From IMG/VR virus record IMGVR_UViG_3300046047_000262: a stretch of 64,000 nucleotides of DNA, one strand, 5' to 3'. Of this stretch, positions 1 to 7,829 are shown piece by piece; the stretch's first letter is position 1, and each line of letters opens with the position of its first letter. The DNA is from a virus. Made by a program: the position numbers and the translations under genes. The notes beneath the pieces are model-generated. The model saw only the letters and a program-made list of their open reading frames with translations. It did no database searches and had not been told where the DNA came from.

Positions 1-40
1 CATTACGAGTGAGACGCTCTACCGACTGAGCTATGGGGGC
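1..40 (-). tRNA. tRNA-Thr(CGT), 3' half cut by window edge
   Basis: GCCCCCA-TA-GCTC D arm; anticodon loop CT-CGT-AA. Confidence 0.85.
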
Positions 41-69
41 ATGATACCATCATCTTGATGCTATCCACG

Positions 70-152
70 TGTCGTCAGAGGGAATCGAACCCTCAAGTCC
101 TAGGACACGGCGTTCTGAACACCGCACGTTTACCTGATTTCGTCATGACGAC
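70..152 (-). tRNA. tRNA-Leu(CAG)
   Basis: Cloverleaf, loop TT-CAG-AA, long V-arm, GGTTCGATTCC, A73. Confidence 0.9.
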
Positions 153-156
153 AATG

Positions 157-231
157 TAGCTCCATTGGGACTCGAACCCAAACCTTATGATTGAAAGTCA
201 TATATGCGCGGACCAAGCACACTGTGGAGCC
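157..231 (-). tRNA. tRNA-Glu(TTC)
   Basis: TATGA/TCATA stem, loop CT-TTC-AA, T arm GGTTCGAGTCC; D arm divergent. Confidence 0.8.
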
Positions 232-402
232 ATAAATGGATACCACTAGTACCATAGTGGCATCCATGGACGTAGCCATCGGACATGTCCATGGATGATG
301 TATAAGTTCATGCATACATGTTCATAATGTATTACACGACACGGTATTGGTACGACCGTATCATCATTATGATCCTTGTCCGATTCCTGCAGGTAGGCCA
401 CG

Positions 403-478
403 TGGTGCCCACGGTCGGACTCGAACCGACAACCCTCAGTTTAGGAAACTGATGCTCTATCCATTGAGCTACGTAGGC
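403..478 (-). tRNA. tRNA-Arg(CCT)
   Basis: Loop TT-CCT-AA, A20, encoded CCA. Confidence 0.95.
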
Positions 479-487
479 AATGATTAC

Positions 488-516
488 ATGATACCATGTT
501 CCGCCGATGATGTCAA
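488..516 (-). promoter_or_regulatory. sigma70-type promoter internal to the tRNA array
   Basis: Minus strand TTGACA-17 nt-(TGG)TATCAT just upstream of tRNA-Arg(CCT). Confidence 0.7.
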
Positions 517-525
517 TATGAATCG

Positions 526-598
526 TGCCCCGGATGGGATTCGAACCCACAACCTACTGATTAGAGGTCAGTCGCTCTATCCATTGAGCTACCAAGGC
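526..598 (-). tRNA. tRNA-Arg(TCT), C33
   Basis: ACTGA/TCAGT stem, loop CC-TCT-AA, A20. Confidence 0.92.
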
Positions 599-630
599 AT
601 ATACTAAAGATGATCATAGCAAGGTCATCA

Positions 631-706
631 TGGTGCCTCTGACAGGATTCGAACCTGCAACGCCTGGTTCCGAGGACCAGCGCTCTATCCATTGAGCTAC
701 AAAGGC
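631..706 (-). tRNA. tRNA-Arg(TCG), C33
   Basis: Loop CC-TCG-GA, A20, encoded CCA. Confidence 0.92.
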
Positions 707-707
707 G

Positions 708-781
708 TGCCCATAATCGGATTCGAACCGATAACCTTCTGTTCCGTAGACAGACGCTCTATCCAATTGAGCTATATGGGC
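708..781 (-). tRNA. tRNA-Arg(ACG)
   Basis: Loop CT-ACG-GA, A20. Confidence 0.95.
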
Positions 782-793
782 ATGATGATGAAG

Positions 794-880
794 CGGATAG
801 TGCGGGATTCGAACCCACGGATCTCATAGAAGATCACGATCTTTCCAAGATCGCTCATTCGACCACTCTGACAACTATCC
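794..880 (-). tRNA. tRNA-Ser(GGA)
   Basis: Loop TT-GGA-AA, long V-arm, G73. Confidence 0.93.
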
Positions 881-1085
881 AAGTATGATAGAACGTTTGC
901 ACTTGCCGGCATGAAACCGACAGTGCGTAGCCCGAGTCACAGATTATGGGTCTGTACCGAACACGTTCTAATCCAGATAAAGCCCTGATCCTATGATTGT
1001 CTTCAATCCTCATAGGAAGAACAATGATCTGTTTCTCATGATGTGAGCATGATAGTGAAGCCTACCGATGTTCTCACCATGATAG

Positions 1086-1172
1086 CGGGTGGAGTGGGAG
1101 TCGGACCCACGGTGGTGTTACCCACACTGGTTTAGCAAACCAGTCAGCATTCACCGAATTGCAATTCCACCC
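1086..1172 (-). tRNA. tRNA-Ser(GCT)
   Basis: Loop TT-GCT-AA, V-arm, G73; T loop variant TCCGACT. Confidence 0.85.
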
Positions 1173-1204
1173 ATGAACAGTAATCATTATACCATGAATA
1201 CTCG

Positions 1205-1290
1205 CGGAGTGTAAGGGAATCGAACCCCTAACCGGATTAACGGCATCCGTTTTCAAAACGGAGCGGACTTGCCAATAGCCCACACACTCC
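1205..1290 (-). tRNA. tRNA-Ser(TGA)
   Basis: Loop TT-TGA-AA, V-arm, G73. Confidence 0.9.
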
Positions 1291-1329
1291 ATGGAGAACC
1301 CCCATCACCACCATACGATGATGACAGGG

Positions 1330-1404
1330 TGGTACAGGTCAAGGGAATCGAACCCTAGGAATCGATCATGTAAGTATCGTCCCCGTTCCTGATAACGGAC
1401 CTGT
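1330..1404 (-). tRNA. Atypical tRNA-like gene, nominal anticodon TAC (Val)
   Basis: Perfect acceptor ACAGGTC/GACCTGT plus ACCA and a T loop; D arm abuts the acceptor with no U8-A9; loop CT-TAC-AT. Confidence 0.55.
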
Positions 1405-1569
1405 TGACATGTCTCAAGATCATGCTTCAAAGTAAGTACCACCAATCCGCCGATATCATGATGCGTTCTCTAGAATCAGCATCATGATCGTTGAGTATCG
1501 ACCGGTGGTATCCGATGGCATCTTCGCAACGACGAATGCTTCCACTGATCAAGTGGCATCGAATTATCG

Positions 1570-1642
1570 AGCGGGCAACGGGATTCGAACCCGCGGTCTC
1601 AACCTTGGCAAGGTCGCGCTTTACCAACTAAGCTATGCCCAC
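1570..1642 (-). tRNA. tRNA-Gly(GCC)
   Basis: Loop TT-GCC-AA, U73. Confidence 0.93.
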
Positions 1643-1668
1643 ATTATGGTATCAGCATTGATACCAAG

Positions 1669-1742
1669 TGCTCCCAAGTGGATTCGAACCACTGACTTCA
1701 TCTGCGTGAGAGATGCGATCTACCGGACTGATCTATAGGAAC
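1669..1742 (-). tRNA. tRNA-Val(CAC)
   Basis: Loop CT-CAC-GC, A73. Confidence 0.9.
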
Positions 1743-1744
1743 GG

Positions 1745-1821
1745 GTGCGGGAGAGGGATTTGAACCCCCAACAACATGCTTATGAGGCACGAGAGCTACC
1801 GAGTTGCTGCTTGATCCCGCG
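1745..1821 (-). tRNA. tRNA-Met(CAT), initiator-like
   Basis: CGCGGG start with C1:A72 mismatch, loop CT-CAT-AA; lacks the three G-C anticodon-stem pairs. Confidence 0.8.
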
Positions 1822-1862
1822 TGGATAATCAGGAATCGAACCTGAACGTGTACCATATACCC
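1822..1862 (-). ncRNA. 41-nt acceptor+T-arm minihelix with G3:U70 and A73
   Basis: GGGTAT-ATGGTACACGT-TCAGG TTCGATT CCTGA-TTATCC-A. Confidence 0.5.
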
Positions 1863-1868
1863 TGTTAA

Positions 1869-1944
1869 TGGTTCTCCGAGCTGGATTCGAACCAACACTA
1901 TTCCGTTCCAGAGACGGATGCATTGCCAGTTATGCTATCGGAGA
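1869..1944 (-). tRNA. tRNA-Gln(CTG)
   Basis: U1:A72, loop CT-CTG-GA, encoded CCA. Confidence 0.92.
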
Positions 1945-1976
1945 ATACACTTGGAATCATGATGACACCAAGTCCG

Positions 1977-2047
1977 AGCGGATGACGGGAATCGAACCCG
2001 TTCCGAATGCTTGGGAAGCATCCGTGCGACCACTACACCACATCCGC
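1977..2047 (-). tRNA. tRNA-Gly(CCC)
   Basis: GCGGATG acceptor, loop TT-CCC-AA, U73. Confidence 0.93.
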
Positions 2048-2072
2048 AATGATATGCTAATATCAAGTTAAG

Positions 2073-2143
2073 CTGCCCATGCTGGGATCGAACCAACGTT
2101 AAGAGTTCCAAAGACTCCCGTCTTGCCATTAAACGAATGGGCA
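2073..2143 (-). tRNA. tRNA-Gln(TTG)
   Basis: U1:A72, loop CT-TTG-GA, G73. Confidence 0.92.
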
Positions 2144-2308
2144 ATACATGGTTTTGGTTACCAGACCATGAACTGGCTTAGCTAACCCTAAGTACACACT
2201 TTCAATCAAGAAAGCTTCCCGTATCGCGTTTAAGTTGCTGTCTTCGCGCGCATCCCACAGATGAACTGCCTATCGGTTGGGGTTGTGGACTCGATAGTGA
2301 GGGAACCG

Positions 2309-2352
2309 TGATGCAGAGGGATTCGAACCCTCGATAAGCCTTATCCTGCATC
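2309..2352 (-). ncRNA. 44-nt mini-tRNA (acceptor, one hairpin, T arm)
   Basis: GATGCA-G-GATAA GGC TTATC-GAGGG TTCGAAT CCCTC-TGCATC-A; all stems perfectly paired. Confidence 0.6.
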
Positions 2353-2363
2353 CTACTACATCG

Positions 2364-2434
2364 AACTGGTGATCGGAGTCGAACCGACTTACACTGTTTT
2401 GCAGACAGCTACCTGGCCGTTTGGTTACACCAGC
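2364..2434 (-). tRNA. tRNA-Cys(GCA)
   Basis: Loop CT-GCA-AA, U73. Confidence 0.9.
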
Positions 2435-2480
2435 ATAGTACTCTCAACGTGCAGAGTACATGACAACATCTGTTATCAAG

Positions 2481-2551
2481 AGGCTCACCAGAGAATCGAA
2501 CTCTGATCGCTTGTTTACAGGACAAGTGCTCTCCCATTGAGCTAGTGAGCC
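2481..2551 (-). tRNA. tRNA-Thr(TGT), C33
   Basis: CTTGT/ACAAG stem, loop CC-TGT-AA. Confidence 0.88.
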
Positions 2552-2595
2552 ATATGTGTATATTATAACACATCTCTCAGACAAAATATACCACG

Positions 2596-2666
2596 AGCGG
2601 ATGACGGGAATCGAACCCGCATAATCAGTTTGGAAGACTGACATTCTACCATTGAACTACATCCGC
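2596..2666 (-). tRNA. tRNA-Gly(TCC)
   Basis: Loop CT-TCC-AA, U73. Confidence 0.95.
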
Positions 2667-2898
2667 ATCAATTATCATCGTCCCGCACCGGGGACGTCCA
2701 TACGCATACGAACCCGTGTGTATACTACGATGCCTTGTACGGGGCATCGTGTGGGTACATCACGAAATTCATTGTTGTATTGCACATGTTTTCCCTATCA
2801 TCACCATGAGCTCAGGTAATCATTCACATTGCAGGTCGACTCTACACGGATGATCACTGCTCATGGGTACTTTCAGACTCACAGGTAGTACGATAACG

Positions 2899-2971
2899 TG
2901 GAGACGATGGGTATCGAACCCACTACCTTCTCGATGCTAACGAGATGCTCTACCAATTGAGCTACGTCCCC
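2899..2971 (-). tRNA. tRNA-Ala(AGC), A34
   Basis: GGGGACG/CGTCTCC with G3:U70, A73; loop TT-AGC-AT. Confidence 0.92.
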
Positions 2972-3175
2972 AAAATGATCGATTATGAGTGATCATAACC
3001 GATCCATGTATCAGGAGAGCAACCTCATCATGATTATTGCATACTTCTTCGTATGCTCGTCAAGCGGTCCAAGCAGAGCAAAGAACCCAATCATTGTTGA
3101 CACTGGAAGCCCTATTGGCCACATCCTGAAACAGATGATACACCACACGTAGTACTACGTGATTCATCTACCATC

Positions 3176-3249
3176 GTGAATGACATGGGATTCGAACCCA
3201 TGATCTCTTACATTACCGTAAGCGCTCCTACCAATTGAGCTTCCATTCA
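3176..3249 (-). tRNA. Atypical tRNA with 6-nt anticodon loop, identity undetermined
   Basis: Good D and T arms; CTTAC-GGTAAT-GTAAG anticodon arm. Confidence 0.6.
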
Positions 3250-3383
3250 ACCAATCATTGAAAATCCTTTATAGCACAGGACAATCGATCATCTGGTTAT
3301 GTTATACAAGGGCACTATGATTCTGATAGAACCATGCTCTCATAAGAACCGTATTTGATGACTGTTATCATACTACGGTATCG

Positions 3384-3459
3384 TCGTGGAGGATGGATTT
3401 GAACCATCAACCTCATGGATATGAATCATGCGCTCTAACCTGACTTGAGCTACCCCACG
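3384..3459 (-). tRNA. tRNA-Met(CAT), elongator-like
   Basis: Loop TT-CAT-AT, C1:G72, A73. Confidence 0.85.
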
Positions 3460-3478
3460 ATAAGTATGATCATGATAG

Positions 3479-3551
3479 TGGAGACAATGGGATTCGAACC
3501 CACCACATTCTCCGTGCGAGGGAGAATCGCCGCCCAGGAACATGTGTCCCC
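3479..3551 (-). tRNA. tRNA-Ala(CGC)
   Basis: G3:U70, A73; loop CT-CGC-AC; unusual D arm. Confidence 0.85.
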
Positions 3552-3564
3552 ATGATGCATACCG

Positions 3565-3636
3565 TGGATACATGAGGGATTCGAACCCTCACCTTCTCCG
3601 TGCAAAGGAGATGTGCTACCATTGACACTAATGACC
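3565..3636 (-). tRNA. tRNA-Ala(TGC) with irregular acceptor stem
   Basis: Loop TT-TGC-AC; acceptor GGTCAT/ATGTATCC is bulged. Confidence 0.75.
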
Positions 3637-3643
3637 AGTATCG

Positions 3644-3727
3644 TTGTGCGTGAGGGATTCGAACCCCCGTACTTTCAATAAGAACTGGGTTACGGCCAGT
3701 CGCATTTAACCACTCTGCCAACGCACA
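3644..3727 (-). tRNA. tRNA-Tyr(GTA), C33, U1:A72
   Basis: Loop CC-GTA-AC, V-arm, A73. Confidence 0.85.
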
Positions 3728-3859
3728 ATAGTATCAAGATTGATGTGATCATGTTCCCATCCTTGATACATATGGGAGCATGCTTACAATAGGATTTACA
3801 GGTAGGTTAACCTATGAGCTACAAACCCATTATCCCTCCTACCACACCTATTGCAAACG

Positions 3860-3946
3860 CGGTCGATGAGGGATTCGAACCCCCGATAGGCTTTCACCTA
3901 TACTTGTTTTCAGGACAAGCTCCATAAGCCACTCGGACAATCGACC
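3860..3946 (-). tRNA. tRNA-Ser(TGA), C33
   Basis: Loop CC-TGA-AA, V-arm, G73; paralog of 4249-4335. Confidence 0.9.
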
Positions 3947-4144
3947 AAGCAGGATAAGTCTGCCGTTTCGACTCATCCTCGTATCATGTTACAGTAGCAT
4001 TATAATCCACTGGTGTGAACGGGAATTACTGCATGTATTCGTTCACATTGACAGCAAAGCGTATACACCTTGCTGTCATAATGGTTGCAATCCTTGATGG
4101 CATAACGGCGACACCAAGGATTTCACTGCTGTTGTAAGCATGAG

Positions 4145-4219
4145 TGCCGTTGTAGGATTCGAACCAACGATCTTCTGATTCGGGAGGTCAGATGCTCTAT
4201 CCAATTGAGCTATAACGGC
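4145..4219 (-). tRNA. Arg-type tRNA with 9-nt anticodon loop (CCG/CCCG)
   Basis: A20 Arg body like 708-781; TCTGA-CCTCCCGAA-TCAGA. Confidence 0.75.
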
Positions 4220-4248
4220 AATGGTGATAGTCAGAATTACTATCATCG

Positions 4249-4335
4249 CGGTTGATGAGGGATTCGAACCCCCGATAGGTTTTCACCTATGCTTGTTTTC
4301 GAAACAAGTTCCTTCAACCACTCGGACAATCAACC
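4249..4335 (-). tRNA. tRNA-Ser(CGA)
   Basis: Loop TT-CGA-AA, V-arm, G73. Confidence 0.93.
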
Positions 4336-4356
4336 ATAATTATCAATATGATAACG

Positions 4357-4429
4357 TTGGACTATCGGGAATCGAACCCGAATCTATGGTGCCACAGACC
4401 ATCGCTCTAACCGTTGAGCTATAGACCAC
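4357..4429 (-). tRNA. tRNA-His(GTG), G-1 opposite A73
   Basis: Loop CT-GTG-GC. Confidence 0.85.
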
Positions 4430-4676
4430 ATAGGTCACACGATTCAAGCCATCATGTGACCAGTTTAACGTCATGAGACGTATTATTGTATAGGGTGAAT
4501 GGTATGCCCATTCTTGATGCTCCAATCCTTTATGTATGAACGTGTGGTTATATCCATACAGGTATTGGAGATGTTCCGCCAACCAGATGACGCCTGGCCA
4601 CGCACCACTGAGACTTGATGGTGATGAGATCCCACTACACGAGTGAATAGCTTATGCCTACAACGTGTGATCATCG

Positions 4677-4750
4677 TGCCGACAGTCCGGGTCGAACGGA
4701 CAACCTCAGAGGCTTCAACTCTGCGCTCTCGCCAATTGAGCTATGACGGC
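4677..4750 (-). tRNA. tRNA-Phe(GAA)
   Basis: Loop TT-GAA-GC, A73. Confidence 0.9.
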
Positions 4751-5004
4751 ATAAACGGGAAGCTTTTCGGTCTTGTACTTCAACTATCATCGCTTCCCTT
4801 CAGTATTCCAACTGCTGATACCATATGACGATGGTATCATTGTTCACATTGAATGAGTGTGAACAATCACAGGGTTTATCGCTCGGTACGATGCTCCTAC
4901 ACCCTATAGACAGTCATTCTTATCGGCGTTATGACTACGTGCGTGATTACCTTATCCTATCGTCATGATGTCACTCATAACGGTGATCCCGCTTTATTAC
5001 CCAG

Positions 5005-5075
5005 TGTCTTAAGAGAATTATGATATCTCGCATACTTGCTTCTATCCAAGTGCTCTTCCTCTGAGCTATTAAGAC
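5005..5075 (-). tRNA. Atypical tRNA: Lys-type body, 8-nt anticodon loop, ATCATAA T loop
   Basis: GTCTTAA/TTAAGAC acceptor; D arm identical to Lys 8241 and 8991; ACTTG-GATAGAAG-CAAGT. Confidence 0.6.
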
Positions 5076-5160
5076 ATTTTCAGTCGGATGGATCGTCAAT
5101 CCATCGTTACGGTTGTTCCTACCGTGGTCTTATATAATGACTTTAGCCTACGACTGAACG

Positions 5161-5244
5161 TGCATCCGACCTGACTCGAACAGGCAAGTCCATGATGGAC
5201 GATGGTTCCTAGGACCATTGTGTTTACCATTTCACCACGGATGC
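5161..5244 (-). tRNA. tRNA-Leu(TAG), C33
   Basis: Loop CC-TAG-GA, V-arm, A73. Confidence 0.9.
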
Positions 5245-5249
5245 ATGTG

Positions 5250-5323
5250 TGCCCACAAGAGGGCTTGAACCTCTGACCTTGGAATTATGAGTTCCGCGCT
5301 CTGACCGACTGAGCTATGCGGGC
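5250..5323 (-). tRNA. tRNA(CAT), Ile2- or Met-type
   Basis: Loop CT-CAT-AA; third CAT tRNA in the array. Confidence 0.85.
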
Positions 5324-5462
5324 ATTAATGGCGGCTTTCCCGCTAGCACGATGTTCTCATCGAACGAGCAACGACATTGTACGGGCATAACAACCTGAGT
5401 TGATTAAGTTAATAACCACTTGAGCCAGGTTGACCTTGAGGCGACTGTTGCCATACCCCTCG

Positions 5463-5526
5463 TAGTCTCACGAGGAATCGAACCTCGTCGTTTGATGGAA
5501 CCTCAGGAATACTACCAATTGAGACC
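5463..5526 (-). ncRNA. 64-nt shrunken tRNA with the tRNA-Glu acceptor stem
   Basis: GGTCTCA/TGAGACT-A identical to Glu(CTC) at 7496; intact T arm; D and anticodon arms reduced. Confidence 0.55.
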
Positions 5527-5534
5527 ATTTTAGA

Positions 5535-5653
5535 CCTAAGTGAGTGAGATGCGACTGCTTTTTCAATGCTGCACTACCAATCCCCACGGAGATTGAGCGG
5601 GATTCGAACCCGCAAGGACTTAGTTATTGTCCACCACTTGCCACTCACTCAGG
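5535..5653 (-). ncRNA. YrlA/Y-RNA-like RNA with a circularly permuted tRNA domain
   Basis: 12-bp terminal stem enclosing V-arm, T arm (GCGGG TTCGAAT CCCGC), loop-closed acceptor hairpin, TA, D-like arm. Confidence 0.65.
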
Positions 5654-5721
5654 ACTGGAATCCGTATTAGGACACCAGCAGAAATGATTATAGGAGTAAC
5701 TAATTCCAATCATTACCTACG

Positions 5722-5805
5722 CGGATGATGCGGGGGTCGAACCCGCCACGGTATTACCCTAACCTCATTAGCAGTGAGGCGCTTTAGCCGCTCAGCCTAC
5801 CATCC
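5722..5805 (-). tRNA. tRNA-Ser(GCT)
   Basis: Loop CT-GCT-AA, V-arm, G73. Confidence 0.9.
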
Positions 5806-5989
5806 ATTGTTTTTCAAACAGCTCCAAGAGGAACAGATTGATTTATTATTGAGTTACAGATCCATAATGTCGTGTATTGTCAATGTATCCTAACATTGAC
5901 ACGAGGTGGCCTTCCCCCGAACCTTGATGGACGACACCATCAAGGTTTCCAACATGATCATACGTTCATGCCGCCAATTCCACGACTAG

Positions 5990-6041
5990 AGTCTCAAAGA
6001 GGAATCGAACCTCAACATGCACACGGCATGGTCATCCAGAC
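5990..6041 (-). ncRNA. 52-nt D-armless mini-tRNA
   Basis: GTCTGGA/TTGAGAC acceptor with one mismatch, CATGC-CGTGT-GCATG hairpin, GAGG TTCGATT CCTC. Confidence 0.45.
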
Positions 6042-6159
6042 TGAATCCCAACGAGTGTAATCTCGTTAGAGCATCGAAAGTCTTCGATACACCAACATCC
6101 GCATTAGGGTTCGTCCCCCCTCCTCACCCAGTCGACACTGGTTGAGGTCAGATATTGCG

Positions 6160-6231
6160 CGACCACGACGGGAGTCGGACCCGCTGTCCTCTCCTCGACA
6201 GGGAGATGCCTGACCGTCAGGCTCCGTGGCC
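6160..6231 (-). tRNA. tRNA-Asp(GTC)
   Basis: Loop CT-GTC-GA, G73, T loop variant TCCGACT. Confidence 0.85.
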
Positions 6232-6405
6232 ATATGATTCTGGTGGGACTGGTGTACCTATCTAGGGTCATAGACCAATAGGTACGCGAATCCTGATCAC
6301 CAGCAAGTAATGCGGATGATTGCCTGCCGTGGCTACAGCAGTCATCACGTCTAGCGAGCCGTGCGTCATGTTTCCATCACGTATATGACCGTTTCAACGA
6401 TTGCG

Positions 6406-6461
6406 TGGAGCGGCACGGATTCGAACCGTGCTTCGGGTATAGGTTCGAATGAATCCACCCC
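6406..6461 (-). ncRNA. 56-nt tmRNA-TLD-like Ala-identity mini RNA
   Basis: GGGGTGG/CCGCTCC-A with G3:U70; stemless D loop; TTCG/CGAA hairpin; CACGG TTCGAAT CCGTG. Confidence 0.6.
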
Positions 6462-6615
6462 GCATTTCTGGCTCGGGATAACCAATCCCAAGCACTATTG
6501 AACCAATATGATGACCAGCAGAATGGTTAACCTCTACTATTCACCATCAAACACCCCTATCACATGATCCTGTCACCATTCACATGTAAGCATACGGAAT
6601 ATAACCATATACCAG

Positions 6616-6689
6616 TACCTTCTACGGGATTCGAACCCGTACTAAACAGTTCCTTAGACTGTCGCCTCTACCAATTGGGCTAAGAAGGC
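6616..6689 (-). tRNA. tRNA-Leu(AAG), A34, no long V-arm
   Basis: Loop CT-AAG-GA; 5-nt variable loop; Leu-type D arm; A73. Confidence 0.88.
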
Positions 6690-6747
6690 AAAGACTGGTC
6701 GATCATATTGGATCAACCAGTTCTAGAGCATCTCATTCGACGACTCG

Positions 6748-6830
6748 TACCCCCACTCGGACTTGAACCGAGATTCCTTGCGGAAACCGCTTTTGAGGCG
6801 GTCGTGTCTACCAATTCCAACCATAGGGGC
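6748..6830 (-). tRNA. tRNA-Leu(CAA)
   Basis: Loop CT-CAA-AA, V-arm, A73. Confidence 0.93.
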
Positions 6831-6833
6831 GGG

Positions 6834-6917
6834 GTGTACAACGGGACTCGAACCCGCATGGGATAACTCCCATCAGGGTCACAACCTGATGTCGCAAACC
6901 ATATCGACCTTGTACAC
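6834..6917 (-). tRNA. tRNA-His(GTG) with long V-arm
   Basis: G-1:C73, loop TT-GTG-AC, V-arm TGGGA-GTTA-TCCCA. Confidence 0.85.
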
Positions 6918-6919
6918 AG

Positions 6920-6992
6920 CGACCACGACCGGAATTGAACCGGTGACCTCTTGCGTGACAAGCAAGCGTTCTTACCCCTGAACTACGCGGCC
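6920..6992 (-). tRNA. tRNA-Asp(GTC)
   Basis: Loop TT-GTC-AC, G73. Confidence 0.93.
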
Positions 6993-7196
6993 ATATCATC
7001 CTTTACGGAGATGAATTGAGATGGCACTCAATCTAGTATCCCATGCCATCACCGCAGGGTTCGTCGCCCCCTGATTAAACGTGCAACGATGATAACCATC
7101 ATTATCAGCGCTTCCTGATGATCCGACTCATTCTCACTAAACGCTGATTAGACTATTTGAATGAGCTATGTGATATCAATATGTACTCACGTTGCG

Positions 7197-7268
7197 AGCC
7201 TTGACTTAGAATCGAACTAAGATCAACTGCTTACTAAACAGTCGCACGAACCATTGTGCTATCAAGGC
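7197..7268 (-). tRNA. tRNA-Thr(AGT), A34
   Basis: GCCTTGA acceptor, loop TT-AGT-AA. Confidence 0.9.
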
Positions 7269-7327
7269 ATTCATAGTATTCCGAAACATGTAATCACGTA
7301 TTGGAATGTTAATATGGAAAAGATTAG

Positions 7328-7398
7328 TGCCCCATCCGGGAATCGAACCCGGTTCTGACCCTCCACGGGCCTGTTCTAACCAGTGTCACTAATGGGTT
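7328..7398 (-). tRNA. Degenerate or atypical tRNA (nominal TGG)
   Basis: Intact T arm; GGCCC-GTGGA-GGGTC anticodon arm; frayed acceptor end. Confidence 0.45.
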
Positions 7399-7405
7399 GT
7401 TAATC

Positions 7406-7486
7406 CTGATGGCATCAGGTAATTAGGCTGATGACATCAGAGAACGTTCCTTTGGTATCATCGGGTAATTAGGCCGACGATACACC
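7406..7486. repeat. Two hairpins sharing the loop GTAATTAGG
   Basis: catcag-gtaattagg-ctgatg and catcgg-gtaattagg-ccgacg. Confidence 0.7.
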
Positions 7487-7495
7487 GGACCTCCG

Positions 7496-7568
7496 TAGTC
7501 TCAGCGGGAATCGAACCCGCAATCTTCTCCTTGAGAGGGAGACGAGGTAACCGTTGCTCTATGAGACC
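7496..7568 (-). tRNA. tRNA-Glu(CTC)
   Basis: Loop CT-CTC-AA. Confidence 0.92.
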
Positions 7569-7829
7569 ATAAGTCATGGCTGATAGTTCCATGACTGTAT
7601 CATGGTACTCCATGAACGAGACTGTTCTCAGTCAGCGAGGATAGTGTTTATAGAACCTGAGGTATGGTTTAACTAACCCACAGTAACAGGCAGTTGACTT
7701 CTACTCCATCAATACGATATTCCATCCAATTCGATGTGATGTTGAAGCGTGCGACGAGGAACCCGATGTCCCATGGTTATCAATCATGGTCCGCTATTTC
7801 CACTATTAGTGGCTGCACGATGACACACG

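Noticed and set aside
6406-6557. Full-length tmRNA
   Set aside because: The acceptor pairs best within 56 nt; no tag ORF or pseudoknot region of adequate length.
7103-7150. Hammerhead (CTGATGA) or SRP-like (CAGGAAG) motif
   Set aside because: The partner core motifs (GAAA; SRP symmetric loop) are not present in the right geometry.
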